From Promethearchaeota archaeon (GTDB lineage: Archaea; Asgardarchaeota; Lokiarchaeia; Sigyniarchaeales; SOKP01), in NCBI GenBank assembly GCA_019058295.1, contig JAHPZI010000021.1, positions 32,001 through 96,000 of the forward strand: DNA of 64,000 nucleotides, in the 5' to 3' direction. A program made the translations under genes and the position numbers. This document shows, in pieces, positions 50,689 to 60,955 of the stretch; the stretch's first letter is position 1, and each line of letters begins with the position of its first letter. Below the pieces are notes generated by a model. That model had not been told where the DNA came from. It saw nothing but the letters and a program-made list of their open reading frames with translations, and ran no database searches.

Positions 50689-51891
50689 ATGAAATATAGT
50701 GGGAGATATCCTAATAAGTGCGGTAAATTTGGGGATTTTGGAGGTATTTTTGCTCCAGAGGTTCTCATGCCAGCACTTAATGAGCTTACTGAAGCTTTTG
50801 AAAAATATAGAAATGATGAAAGTTTCAAAAAAGAGTTTTATCAGATACTCGAATCATATGGGGGTCGTCCAACACCTTTATTTTATGCTAAAAGATTAAG
50901 TGAAGATGTAGGATGCAAAGTATATTTGAAAAGAGAAGATTTACTTCATGGTGGAGCTCACAAATTAAACAATGTAATAGGACAGGCATTATTAGCCAAG
51001 AAAATGGGAAAAACAAAGCTTGTAGCAGAAACAGGTGCAGGGCAACATGGATTTGCTACTGCTATTGCTGGAGCTTATTTCGGCATGGAAACAAAGGTAT
51101 TCATGGGAGAAGTTGATATCGCCAGACAAGCATACAATGTATATCGCATGCAATTACTTGGAGCTGAAGTAATACCTGTAAAAATTGGTTCGAAAACATT
51201 AAAGGATGCGATTAATGATGGACTTAGATATTGGATCACCAATGTGAGAGATACTCACTACTTAATGGGAAGCGTTGTCGGTCCACATCCATATCCGCTA
51301 TTAGTGAGAGAATTCCAAAGAGTTATTGGAATTGAAACTAAAAAGCAAATAATGGAGTTAGAGGGTAGATTACCTAATGCAATCATCGCTTGTATTGGTG
51401 GTGGAAGTAATGCTATAGGAATAATGTATGATTTCATTGAAGATGAGAATGTCCAGTTAATTGGAGTTGAGGCTGCTGGAGAAGGATTAGAAACAGGAAA
51501 ACATTCAATAGCATTAGGGTTAGGTCGAAGAGGAGTATTACATGGATCCTTAATGTATCTATTACAAAATGAATATGGTAATATACTAAAGACACATTCT
51601 ATAAGTGCAGGACTAGATTATCCTGGTGTTGGCCCCGAACATTGTTTTTTAAAAGAATTAACAAGGCTTAGAGTAGAAACTGCAACAGATAATGAGACTT
51701 TAGCGTCTTTTCAAAAATTATCCGTTATAGAAGGAATTATTCCTGCATTGGAGTCATCACATGCACTTGCGTGCCTGGAAAAAATTAAGGGTGAGTTTAA
51801 TAAAGATGACATTGTAATAATTAATTTATCTGGTTCAGGTTCTAAAGATCTAAATATAATCAAACAGCGTATGGAGTTTAAAGTAAAATGA
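50689..51891 (+). CDS. trpB: Tryptophan synthase beta subunit (TrpB1 type)
   Basis: Motifs [24 protein letters not shown] and [11 protein letters not shown]. Confidence 0.97.
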   Translation: MKYSGRYPNKCGKFGDFGGIFAPEVLMPALNELTEAFEKYRNDESFKKEFYQILESYGGRPTPLFYAKRLSEDVGCKVYLKREDLLHGGAHKLNNVIGQALLAKKMGKTKLVAETGAGQHGFATAIAGAYFGMETKVFMGEVDIARQAYNVYRMQLLGAEVIPVKIGSKTLKDAINDGLRYWITNVRDTHYLMGSVVGPHPYPLLVREFQRVIGIETKKQIMELEGRLPNAIIACIGGGSNAIGIMYDFIEDENVQLIGVEAAGEGLETGKHSIALGLGRRGVLHGSLMYLLQNEYGNILKTHSISAGLDYPGVGPEHCFLKELTRLRVETATDNETLASFQKLSVIEGIIPALESSHALACLEKIKGEFNKDDIVIINLSGSGSKDLNIIKQRMEFKVK

Positions 51892-52718
51892 ATCATACAA
51901 ATAGAATCTTGGACCTTTTTAATGATAAGAATGCATTAGAGGAAAAATATTTTATGCCCTTTCTAGTTTGTGGAGATCCTTCGATTGAACAGTTTATCTC
52001 AATGATTGAAAAAATCGATCCTTATATAGATATCCTTGAGTTAGGCATTCCTTTTAGCGACCCAATTGCTGATGGTCCTACCGTTCAAGAGGCAAATATG
52101 AGAGCATTCGAGGCAGGCATCAATACAAAAGTCGCGCTCGATACAATTAAGAAAATCAGGACATTTTTCCAAAAACCGATTGTTATTTTAACTTATTACA
52201 ACATTTTAATTCAAGGATCAGAGACAATAGAAAGTTCATTGGATAATACATTGAGAAGATTCAAGGAAAGTGGGATAGACGGAATTGTTATCGCCGATCT
52301 TCCAATTGAAGAAGCAGGTTTAGCGTTAAAATATTGTAAAAAACATAATATATCCCTTATATTTTTAATTGCTCCTACAACTACAGATGATAGATTAGAA
52401 AAAATCTTGAAAGAAGCAAGAGGATTTGTCTATTTAATATCTATATTGGGTGTTACCGGTGCTCGGGAAAAAATCGCTCAAATCACGAAAGAAACGATTA
52501 AAAGAGTAAAAAGTAAAATCAAAACCAAAATTCCAATTTTCTTGGGATTCGGTATATCTACACCGGAACATGCATCCACTCTAGTTGAATTAGGAGCCGA
52601 TGGAATTATCATTGGCTCGGCAATGATAGATGTTATTAAGAGAAATCTAAGCGATTTCACCAAAATGGAAAAAGAACTTGTGGAATTTGTATCAAGTATA
52701 AATAATGCGATTAAGTGA
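51888..52718 (+). CDS. trpA: Tryptophan synthase alpha subunit
   Basis: Motifs [18 protein letters not shown] and GFGIS. Confidence 0.97.
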   Translation: MNHTNRILDLFNDKNALEEKYFMPFLVCGDPSIEQFISMIEKIDPYIDILELGIPFSDPIADGPTVQEANMRAFEAGINTKVALDTIKKIRTFFQKPIVILTYYNILIQGSETIESSLDNTLRRFKESGIDGIVIADLPIEEAGLALKYCKKHNISLIFLIAPTTTDDRLEKILKEARGFVYLISILGVTGAREKIAQITKETIKRVKSKIKTKIPIFLGFGISTPEHASTLVELGADGIIIGSAMIDVIKRNLSDFTKMEKELVEFVSSINNAIK

Positions 52719-52728
52719 TTAAATTAAA

Positions 52729-53913
52729 ATGTCAAATAATATACTAAAAGTCGGTGTGATTGGGTGTGGAATTATTGCAAAAATAGGACACTTACCATGG
52801 TATAATCATTCAAAAGAGGCAAATATAGTCGCTTTAGCAGATCCCGATGAGAAGAAGCTTAAAAAAGCAGGAAAATTATATAATGTAGAGAAATTATATA
52901 CTGATCCAAATGATCTTATTGATGATCCTGAAATTGATGCTGTTAGTATTTGTTCACCTCATTGGGCTCATGCTCAACAAACAGTAAGAGCTGCTGATAA
53001 CGGAAAACATATTATTTGTGAGAAGCCTATTGGGACCGACTTAAATCAGATTGATGAGATGATTAAGGCTGTTGAGAAAAATCAGGTAATTTTCCAAACT
53101 GCTACACAAAAAAGATTTAGTCCAGGGTTCCAAATGATAAAAGAAGATCTATTAGAAGGAAAACTCGGTGATGTATTCCATGCGTCTATTTATTGGTATC
53201 ATTTCATACCTGACTTAGATATTCCATGGATAAGAAAATCTCTGGATTTTTTAAAGAAATTGGGTATTGATATAGAAAAAAATATGGGTGCATGGAGATT
53301 AACAGATGAAAGAGCAGGAGGGGGCGACTTAATGGATCATGTTCCTCACTATTATGATTTATTTAGATTTTGGTTTGGTGATGTCGCTACAGTAAGCGCT
53401 CAAGTGAGAAGAGTCTATAAAAGCAGAGCTCATGAGGATCATGGCGCAATGCTTTTTTCATTTAAAAATTGTGAAACAATTGCTGTTTTTGAAAGATCTC
53501 AGAATATAACTGGACGAGTAAAAGGTGAAGAATTAGGACGAATTCACGGCACGAAGGGTTCATATTACTTTGATGTGCCACATGAATATAACTTAGAACC
53601 AATGGAAATTAAAAAATTCATGTTCTCTTTAAAGAATTATATCGTGAATCGAAAGAAAAAGATAAAAATCAAGTATCCAAAAGATAAATGGAACCTTAGT
53701 TATGCTAGAGAAATTCGGAGTTTTATAAACCAATGTCTGGGAAAATCAAATGAGGATGTTGGATTTCCAGAAGAATGGATCCCAACAATCTATGATGGTA
53801 GGGCTGCTTTAGAAGGAGTCCTAGCGACTTATGAATCGTCTCGAACAAATCAAACTATCCATTTACCATTAAAAAGTTATTCTCCAATCAATTGGAAAAA
53901 TACAGTGGAGTGA
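52729..53913 (+). CDS. Gfo/Idh/MocA family oxidoreductase
   Basis: Motifs GCGIIA, CEKP and GGGDLMDHVPH. Confidence 0.92.
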   Translation: MSNNILKVGVIGCGIIAKIGHLPWYNHSKEANIVALADPDEKKLKKAGKLYNVEKLYTDPNDLIDDPEIDAVSICSPHWAHAQQTVRAADNGKHIICEKPIGTDLNQIDEMIKAVEKNQVIFQTATQKRFSPGFQMIKEDLLEGKLGDVFHASIYWYHFIPDLDIPWIRKSLDFLKKLGIDIEKNMGAWRLTDERAGGGDLMDHVPHYYDLFRFWFGDVATVSAQVRRVYKSRAHEDHGAMLFSFKNCETIAVFERSQNITGRVKGEELGRIHGTKGSYYFDVPHEYNLEPMEIKKFMFSLKNYIVNRKKKIKIKYPKDKWNLSYAREIRSFINQCLGKSNEDVGFPEEWIPTIYDGRAALEGVLATYESSRTNQTIHLPLKSYSPINWKNTVE

Positions 53914-53925
53914 TTTATTAAAAAT

Positions 53926-54438
53926 ATGATTGATTATGGTCATACTTGCTTATTGATCTTTGCTCAAGGTACTTGGAAAGAAAACTATAGAATGAGATTT
54001 TTAAAGAAAATTAAAGCTAAGTTTATTACTTCAATGAAAATAGATGACATTGATCTCTGGGGCGAGAATGAGCAGATTCCTTTATTTGATCCTAATCATC
54101 CAGAAGCAAATGATAATCCCTGTGAATTATGTGATCCTTTATCTGAGATTTTTTTAAAAAAGAAAGGACAGAACGATGGTTTTATTCTTTTCTCACATAA
54201 CGTTCTTGGATGGGATGGAATGAAAGATTTTTTTCTATATATTTTAGGAGAATCAAATGTGAAAAAGATATATTACTTAGAATTGGATGGATTTTCTTAC
54301 TTAGTTAGTACAAAGGATAGGATTCCCGAAATCCTAAATGCTTTAAAAGAGAAGAAAGTCAATAGATCTACTTTCTTTGATCTATTTGAAAAAGAAAAGA
54401 TAGAATTTAGTATAATATATGAAATTTTAAAATATTAA
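53926..54438 (+). CDS. Hypothetical protein
   Basis: 170-aa ORF 12 nt downstream of the oxidoreductase. Confidence 0.7.
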   Translation: MIDYGHTCLLIFAQGTWKENYRMRFLKKIKAKFITSMKIDDIDLWGENEQIPLFDPNHPEANDNPCELCDPLSEIFLKKKGQNDGFILFSHNVLGWDGMKDFFLYILGESNVKKIYYLELDGFSYLVSTKDRIPEILNALKEKKVNRSTFFDLFEKEKIEFSIIYEILKY

Positions 54439-54478
54439 GTTTATATTTGCGAAATATAAGAAAAGAAGAGGAATAGAA

Positions 54479-55378
54479 TTAGAAATCATTAATTTTAATG
54501 TTGTTTTCCCTAAATAAGGATTTAATTTTTCTTTTTGTATCAATTGTAAGCCATTCAGAATAGTTGTATTCAGTTTCCAATCCAATTTTTTCTGATTTTG
54601 AAAGCCAAAGCGGATTGTAAGGTAATAACCAGACCTTATCTATGTTTAAAGATTTGAAATATTGTATCCAACTCCTTAGATTTTCTTCCTTTAAGGTAAT
54701 TTCTGGAATCAGAGGTATTCTCGGTAAGAGTTCTATACTTTCATTTTTTATTAAGTATTCAAAATTGCTTAAAATTAATTGATTAGGGACTTTACAATAT
54801 TTTTCATGTATATTTGAATCATATATTTTTAAATCGAAGTAAATGAGATCTAAAAAGGGTAACACTAATTCTATAAATTTCTCATTATTATAATAACCAC
54901 TTGTTTCAATGCATATATGAATTCCATACGTTTTCAGTTCTTTCAACAAAGCATTTAAATATTCCATATGAAACGTAGGCTCTCCCCCAGATAATGTAAC
55001 TCCTCCCCCTGTATTATCATAAAATACTTTATCCCTCAATATTAATTCGGCTAATTCTTTAATATCATATTCCTTACCTACATATTTATAAGCTTGATTA
55101 GGACAAACTTCTATACATTTACCACATAAATCGCAAATATCTCTATCAATTCTATATTGATTAGAGAAGTTGATTGCTCCTTTTTTACAATGACTCATGC
55201 AAATCGTGCATTCACTACAATCTTCTTTAGTGAATGATAGCTCTTGATCAGCTTTCTTAGTTTCAGGATTTTGGCACCATACGCATGAAAGAGGACAACC
55301 CTTAAAAAAAATTAAGGTTCTAATCCCAGGGCCATCATCTAATGCATTTCTTCTAATATCTACGATTAAGGTTTTCAT
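54479..55378 (-). CDS. Glycyl-radical enzyme activating protein (radical SAM with ferredoxin insert)
   Basis: Motifs DGPGIRT, GCPLSCVWCQNPE, two ferredoxin-type Cys clusters and SGGEP. Confidence 0.95.
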   Translation of the reverse strand: MKTLIVDIRRNALDDGPGIRTLIFFKGCPLSCVWCQNPETKKADQELSFTKEDCSECTICMSHCKKGAINFSNQYRIDRDICDLCGKCIEVCPNQAYKYVGKEYDIKELAELILRDKVFYDNTGGGVTLSGGEPTFHMEYLNALLKELKTYGIHICIETSGYYNNEKFIELVLPFLDLIYFDLKIYDSNIHEKYCKVPNQLILSNFEYLIKNESIELLPRIPLIPEITLKEENLRSWIQYFKSLNIDKVWLLPYNPLWLSKSEKIGLETEYNYSEWLTIDTKRKIKSLFRENNIKINDF

Positions 55379-55421
55379 TTTAAATAAAAATTAATTGAGA
55401 AATCATCGCTTTTAAAGAAAA

Positions 55422-58388
55422 TTATCTTGCGTTGAATTCAGTTCTTTCTATAAGTTCTATTTGCATATTTTTATTTATTTTTGTGAAGTAGGCATTATAT
55501 CCAGATATCCTTACTAATAACCAATGGTAATTTTCTGGATGGACCATTGCGTCTCTTAACATATCAGAGGTTACTATGTTAAATTGCCATTGCATTCCTC
55601 CTAAATCGATAAAACTCTGCACGTATCCTGTAAAAAGATCTAATGTTTCTCCATGAGAGTCTCCTGGATGGGGCACCAATTTAACGTTATATGAAGCATT
55701 ATTTGGCATCTTTAAATGGTCTAAACTTGCGATTGTACGTATATTCTGAAGCAAAAGATCAGAGCTTCCTGGAGCAGGAGTTAAACCGGGTGTTAATGCC
55801 TTTCCTTTCTTTCTGCCAGAGGGCAGAGCGCCTGTAAGCATTCCATAACCCACATGATATGATATAGACCAGTATCCAACAAGATAAGTACCCCCTCTGT
55901 AATTCTTTTCGGATTTGTATAAATCATAACAATAATCTAATAAATCATCAGCAATATCTTTAGTTCCAGGTTCATCGGATCCAAATTTAGGAACTTTTTG
56001 GATTTTATTAAGTAATTCTGCAGAACCATTCTCAAAATTATCTTTTAAAGCATATAATAAGGTTGAATAATTTATTTCCTTTTTATTATATATCAGATCT
56101 TTTATTACTAATAGACTATCAACAGCATCCGTAAGAGACACTAATGCTACTCCAGACGTATTATAAACAGCACCACCTTGTACGAGATCTTTCCCCTTTT
56201 CTAAAGGACCGTCATAAAACGCAGATAAAAATGGAGTAGGTTTGATATATTGATGACTTTCACCTAAATAGTTATTAATTTCAATTGATTGATCAATTAA
56301 ATATTTCAATTGTGTTTTATAGGCACTATAGAAATCCTCAAATTTTGGAAAATTGTCTAGATCAGGGAAACCTGTTTCGGGTCCCACTTGTACTCCAATT
56401 AAAGGGTGAATGCCATTATTTAATGCCATTTCAAGCGGAGCAACCATATTTAGAAGCATTGCATTAGTATGACCGAAATGCTTTCCTACAACAGTTGGTT
56501 CTACACAACCAGTAGCAGCCCAATCTCTCGCATCTTCTAAAGCAAATCCTTCATTAACAAGAGCTTCAATCATTGCTTTATCATTATGTATTGAAGGGCT
56601 GGAAACCATATTTATATTAACCTCTGTTAGGCGTCTTAGATATTCTTTAGAATTTATACCAGAATAATATCTTGCATTCATATTGGGATCCTGAAAACAC
56701 AACATTTCATTTGTTTTTAAAATAATGAATGTCATATCATTAACCGCATTATTACCATTACGATCTACACCACCAATTGTAACCGTATCATCTGAGGAAC
56801 TACCACCAAATAATTTATTTCCTATAGAAGGAATCAATGGATCATGGTCATTGATTCTTAAGATTAAGTTTCCTACAAGCTCAATGGATTTATTGATTAT
56901 TTTCTCTTTTTCCTCATCGTTCGATGTTTTTTCCATTTCAGATAAGAAATATGGCTGCAGCATTTGATCTAATCTTCCTATACTCATTGCAGAATTAGGA
57001 TTCTCGCAATGAATGCAAGTAAAGCACGTCCAAATTGACTGAACTGCTTCTTGTAAGGTTTCTGCTGGTTTAGCAGGTACTTTAGCACATATTCTTGAAA
57101 TTTCTTTCAATTCATCTATTCGTAGGGCTTGCTCAGGATCATTTGAATCTAAGCTTTCAGCAATTCGCAAGGCTTCCTCGCTCAAATGGTTAGCATAAGC
57201 TAAAGCCCCATTAATAGCAGTTTGAATTGCTTTGTAGAAATTTTTCTTTTCATCTGAAGTGGCCTCCGATTCCATTTTTACTGCTTTGTTTCTTATGCTT
57301 TCTAACCCTTCATTTAGTATCTTCGGAAAACCAGGAACTGTATGTGAAATGGCATTATTCTTCATCATAAAGTAGAAGACCCATCTTTCCTCGATCCATA
57401 ACGATTTAGGGTTATGCTTGTTAACGCGACAATGCTCTCGAACATTTCTTTCCATCCAGTAAGGAAACACTTCTTGGCTTAATATATCTGCATCTTTAGG
57501 GGCAATATCGTTAGGATTAAGCTCGCGAACACCTAATGATTGTAATTCCGGCCAAGCAGCAGTACCAATCAATTCAGGATAAATTGGAATCCCTACTTCT
57601 TTTGATGTAGTGGAACCTGCGATAAGGAATTGACCATGAATTATAGGTTTTTTATTTGACATTATGTAATTTACTGCCCCCGCGTTTCGTAGTTCTGGAT
57701 CAAATGGATTCCCAGATTTATCAGTTTCATAACCATTTTCTAAATGATACTCTGTCAACAATTTTGCTCGTTCAACGCAAATTGCAGGTTTTAATGCCCT
57801 TCTTCGACTTTTAAGATACTTTAAACGTGGAAAGTCATTAATAGAATAATTTGCTAAATAAGGATCCTTTAAATAATGCACGTTATCAATTTTCCGATTT
57901 AGTGCGTCACTTTTAAGCTTTCTATTTTCTTCACCTTTTTCAATTTCTTCAATCGAATGTATTAAACGGTTTTCGGGACCTTTATAACCCTTAATTTTAG
58001 CACCCGTGGCGAGTGTAGTAAGATATGAGAATTTAGTAAGATATGCCATATTACCTTCAAAAGACATTGAATTATCTAAAAGATATTCGAGTGTTTCATC
58101 TGCAGATTTATCCCAAGTTTCTGCTAGAGTCGCCTTATCTTTATAGATTATTTTTATGTTTGGATCATCAACTATCCCTTCTTCGGCAGTTATTTTTCCA
58201 TTATCAAAGATTAATTTTAAATTAAATCCACCATCACGAGTTGTAAATTGATATTTGGCATTAAAAATGAATCCTGTCTTCTCGTTATAAATTTCCTTTC
58301 GCAATCTTCTGCGTGTAAAAACTATATCTAAAAGTCCAAGAGTTTCTTTAAATTTCTCTAATGATTCATTAATTTCAGCTTCATTCAT
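55422..58388 (-). CDS. Glycyl radical enzyme (non-PFL, GCVE type) with N-terminal SCP2-like domain
   Basis: Motifs GCVEP, VRISGY and SIGRLDQ. The N-terminal ~130 aa has an SCP2-like pattern (G..DDPNIKI...LLDNSMSFEGNM). Confidence 0.9.
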   Translation of the reverse strand: MNEAEINESLEKFKETLGLLDIVFTRRRLRKEIYNEKTGFIFNAKYQFTTRDGGFNLKLIFDNGKITAEEGIVDDPNIKIIYKDKATLAETWDKSADETLEYLLDNSMSFEGNMAYLTKFSYLTTLATGAKIKGYKGPENRLIHSIEEIEKGEENRKLKSDALNRKIDNVHYLKDPYLANYSINDFPRLKYLKSRRRALKPAICVERAKLLTEYHLENGYETDKSGNPFDPELRNAGAVNYIMSNKKPIIHGQFLIAGSTTSKEVGIPIYPELIGTAAWPELQSLGVRELNPNDIAPKDADILSQEVFPYWMERNVREHCRVNKHNPKSLWIEERWVFYFMMKNNAISHTVPGFPKILNEGLESIRNKAVKMESEATSDEKKNFYKAIQTAINGALAYANHLSEEALRIAESLDSNDPEQALRIDELKEISRICAKVPAKPAETLQEAVQSIWTCFTCIHCENPNSAMSIGRLDQMLQPYFLSEMEKTSNDEEKEKIINKSIELVGNLILRINDHDPLIPSIGNKLFGGSSSDDTVTIGGVDRNGNNAVNDMTFIILKTNEMLCFQDPNMNARYYSGINSKEYLRRLTEVNINMVSSPSIHNDKAMIEALVNEGFALEDARDWAATGCVEPTVVGKHFGHTNAMLLNMVAPLEMALNNGIHPLIGVQVGPETGFPDLDNFPKFEDFYSAYKTQLKYLIDQSIEINNYLGESHQYIKPTPFLSAFYDGPLEKGKDLVQGGAVYNTSGVALVSLTDAVDSLLVIKDLIYNKKEINYSTLLYALKDNFENGSAELLNKIQKVPKFGSDEPGTKDIADDLLDYCYDLYKSEKNYRGGTYLVGYWSISYHVGYGMLTGALPSGRKKGKALTPGLTPAPGSSDLLLQNIRTIASLDHLKMPNNASYNVKLVPHPGDSHGETLDLFTGYVQSFIDLGGMQWQFNIVTSDMLRDAMVHPENYHWLLVRISGYNAYFTKINKNMQIELIERTEFNAR

Positions 58389-58592
58389 TTTAATATTCCC
58401 CTAGTCTTAGAAATCTCGAATTTTTTTATTATTAATTGTTTTTAGTTATCCTAATTTTTAAATATCATCATTCTATTTAACAAGCTTCGTTTTAAATATT
58501 AGAATAAAAGATTAATAATTGGATAAAAAAAATATAAATACAACCTAAACCTTATTCTATTAAAAAACCTCAAAACAAGTTGTTTACTAAGT

Positions 58593-58664
58593 ATGAATAA
58601 TATGAAAAATAGTGTTGATTTTCAAGAACCAACTTGGTTTTGGGACTGGCGTTGGCACGCATAG
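58593..58664 (+). CDS. Putative trp leader peptide 2 (MNNMKNSVDFQEPTWFWDWRWHA*)
   Basis: 23-codon ORF (alternative ATG at 58602) with 4 Trp in the last 9 codons, directly upstream of trpE. Confidence 0.8.
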   Translation: MNNMKNSVDFQEPTWFWDWRWHA

Positions 58665-58735
58665 AACGTGCGCAATGGCTTAACTTATTTTAGGATTTCT
58701 TTTCTTATAACGCATATAAAGAATAAGGGATTCTA
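58647..58735 (+). promoter_or_regulatory. Putative attenuator RNA structure upstream of trpE
   Basis: GCACG-CATAGAA-CGTGC hairpin. Second hairpin at 58691..58735 (TAGGATTTCTT...AAGGGATTCTA). Confidence 0.65.
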
Positions 58736-58810
58736 ATTCAAATTTTAATTATTAAGTTTTTTATTCAATAAAATAAATGATAAAAGAAATAGAAAAATAG
58801 TGGAATTGTA

Positions 58811-60304
58811 ATGGAATTTGATATTCATATTGAAAAAATTGGAGAATTGGATGATATATTTGGGTTTTATAAATATTTAGTGAAACGTTATGATTTGAAA
58901 AAACATGCTTTATTAGAGTCCGCTTCAGAAAATACAAAAGAAACCTTATATAGTTTTATTGCAATGCAACCGGATTTCATGCTTGAAATTAATGAGGATA
59001 AGTTTAAAATATATGATATCTCTACTGCCCGAGGGGAAAGAATTAAAGAATACGTAGAATCTAGAGATCCTGCCGTGGAAAGACCGCATAATCCCTTGCC
59101 ATTTAAAGATAATGTCGAATATAATATGGTTGCGCTCGATACTTTGAGCCATCTCACACCTTATTCTAATCTTCCTTTCACAGAATTATTCCCAAGGAAC
59201 ATCTTTTACGGCGGGATGCTTGGGTATATAGGGTATGACGTAGTTGCTCCTTATGTGGGTTATAAATCTACAAGCGAATTTCCAGATATTTTAATGGGGC
59301 TCTATACAAAAGCATTGGTCTATTCACATAAATCAAATGCATTATTCATGATTGATAATAGCATTAATGATTATTCAAAAGATAAAGATATCCGATATCA
59401 ACTCAGCTTATTTAATAGAAATCATAATTCAGATGAAGTTGGAGAAATATCCTTGGATATTGAAGAGGTGGATGAATCTCATTTCAGATCCAACACAAGC
59501 AAGAGTGCTCATGAAAGAATGGTAGAAAAGACAAAAGAATACATTTATGATGGAGATATTATACAAGCAGTTATCTCCCGAAGGCTCTATACAGAGACAA
59601 AAATAGATCCTATGGCAATTTATGAGGTTCTAAGAGTTCTTAATCCATCGCAATATATGTACAATATAAATTTTGGTAATATTCGCATCATTGGGAGTAG
59701 TCCAGAAGCACTTATCTCAAAAAATAAAGATATTCTTAATACTGTGCCAATTGCCGGAACCATAAGAAGAGGCAAAACTCCAGAAGAAGATACAAAATTA
59801 GAAAAGGAATTGTTAGAGGACCCAAAGGAAAAGGCTGAACATATCATGCTTGTGGATTTAGCACGCAACGACCTCGCAAAAGTTTCATATCCAGGTTCTG
59901 TTGATACATTTGAACTCATGACAGTTCAAAAATATCAAAAAGTTCAACATATTGTTAGTAAAGTGAGAAGTAAGACACCTCTTGATGGGTATCAAGTTCT
60001 AAAAAGCGTATTCCCAGCAGGTACTCTTTCAGGAGCACCTAAAAAGCGTGCTATGGAAATAATACAAGAATTAGAAACAGAATCGAGAGGACCTTATGGG
60101 GGTGGTGTCGGCTATTTCTCATTTAATGGAGATATGGCGTTTGCCATTGCGATTAGGACACTTTTTGGGATGAATGGTACATATTTTGCTCAAGCAGGAG
60201 GCGGGATTGTCGCAGATAGCCAACCACATGAAGAGTACACAGAGACCTACAATAAGTTATATAGTGTTATAAAATCGATAAAAATTGCGGAGGCAAGAAA
60301 ATAA
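58811..60304 (+). CDS. trpE: Anthranilate synthase component I
   Basis: Motifs LLES, NPSQYM, SSPE, PIAGT, EHIMLVDLARND and PAGTLSGAPK. Confidence 0.95.
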   Translation: MEFDIHIEKIGELDDIFGFYKYLVKRYDLKKHALLESASENTKETLYSFIAMQPDFMLEINEDKFKIYDISTARGERIKEYVESRDPAVERPHNPLPFKDNVEYNMVALDTLSHLTPYSNLPFTELFPRNIFYGGMLGYIGYDVVAPYVGYKSTSEFPDILMGLYTKALVYSHKSNALFMIDNSINDYSKDKDIRYQLSLFNRNHNSDEVGEISLDIEEVDESHFRSNTSKSAHERMVEKTKEYIYDGDIIQAVISRRLYTETKIDPMAIYEVLRVLNPSQYMYNINFGNIRIIGSSPEALISKNKDILNTVPIAGTIRRGKTPEEDTKLEKELLEDPKEKAEHIMLVDLARNDLAKVSYPGSVDTFELMTVQKYQKVQHIVSKVRSKTPLDGYQVLKSVFPAGTLSGAPKKRAMEIIQELETESRGPYGGGVGYFSFNGDMAFAIAIRTLFGMNGTYFAQAGGGIVADSQPHEEYTETYNKLYSVIKSIKIAEARK

Positions 60305-60903
60305 TGAAAATCCTATTTATTAACAATTATGATAGTTTTGTTTATAATTTGGTCAATTATATCTGTCAATTAGAACCCAACGGCCAAATTATTATCGAGG
60401 ATAACCATATTGCGGTGGACAAGATTAAAGAAATGAATGTTGATAAAATAATTATTTCACCAGGACCTGGACATCCTAAGTATGACACGGGCACAGTAAT
60501 TCCCATCATTAAAGAATTTTATTCCAAAATACCAATATTAGGAATTTGCCTAGGGCATCAAGCTATTGTCGAAGCTTTCGGCGAAGATGAGAATATGGAA
60601 TATGTGGGCAGAGCTAAAGTAGGGCCCATGCACGGCAAGGAATCTAAAGTCTTTCACGACCAAGAAACAATTCTTAAGGACATCCCTAATCCACTCCAAG
60701 TAATTAGATATCACTCACTTTCCGCAAAATCCGATATTTTACCCCAAAACCTTAAAATTAGTGCGACTGCGGATGATGGCACAATCATGGGGGTTAGGCA
60801 TAAACAATATCCTATAGAAGGGGTCCAATTCCATCCCGAGTCGATAAAAATGAAACCTTATGGAATACAATTATTAAAAAATTTCTTAGAATTAAAAATA
60901 TAA
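60304..60903 (+). CDS. trpG: Anthranilate synthase component II (glutamine amidotransferase)
   Basis: Motifs NYDSF, SPGPG, GICLGHQ, RYHSL and QFHPES. TAATG stop/start overlap with trpE. Confidence 0.95.
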   Translation: MKILFINNYDSFVYNLVNYICQLEPNGQIIIEDNHIAVDKIKEMNVDKIIISPGPGHPKYDTGTVIPIIKEFYSKIPILGICLGHQAIVEAFGEDENMEYVGRAKVGPMHGKESKVFHDQETILKDIPNPLQVIRYHSLSAKSDILPQNLKISATADDGTIMGVRHKQYPIEGVQFHPESIKMKPYGIQLLKNFLELKI

Positions 60904-60955
60904 GAATTTATCTAAAGTTTCTTGATGAAAGAAATAGTTGAAAAAAATAAAAGAA

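Noticed and set aside
51826-51850. TrpB C-terminal motif reads LSGSGSKD instead of the usual LSGRGDKD
   Set aside because: All other catalytic motifs are intact. Likely lineage variation, and the significance cannot be judged here.
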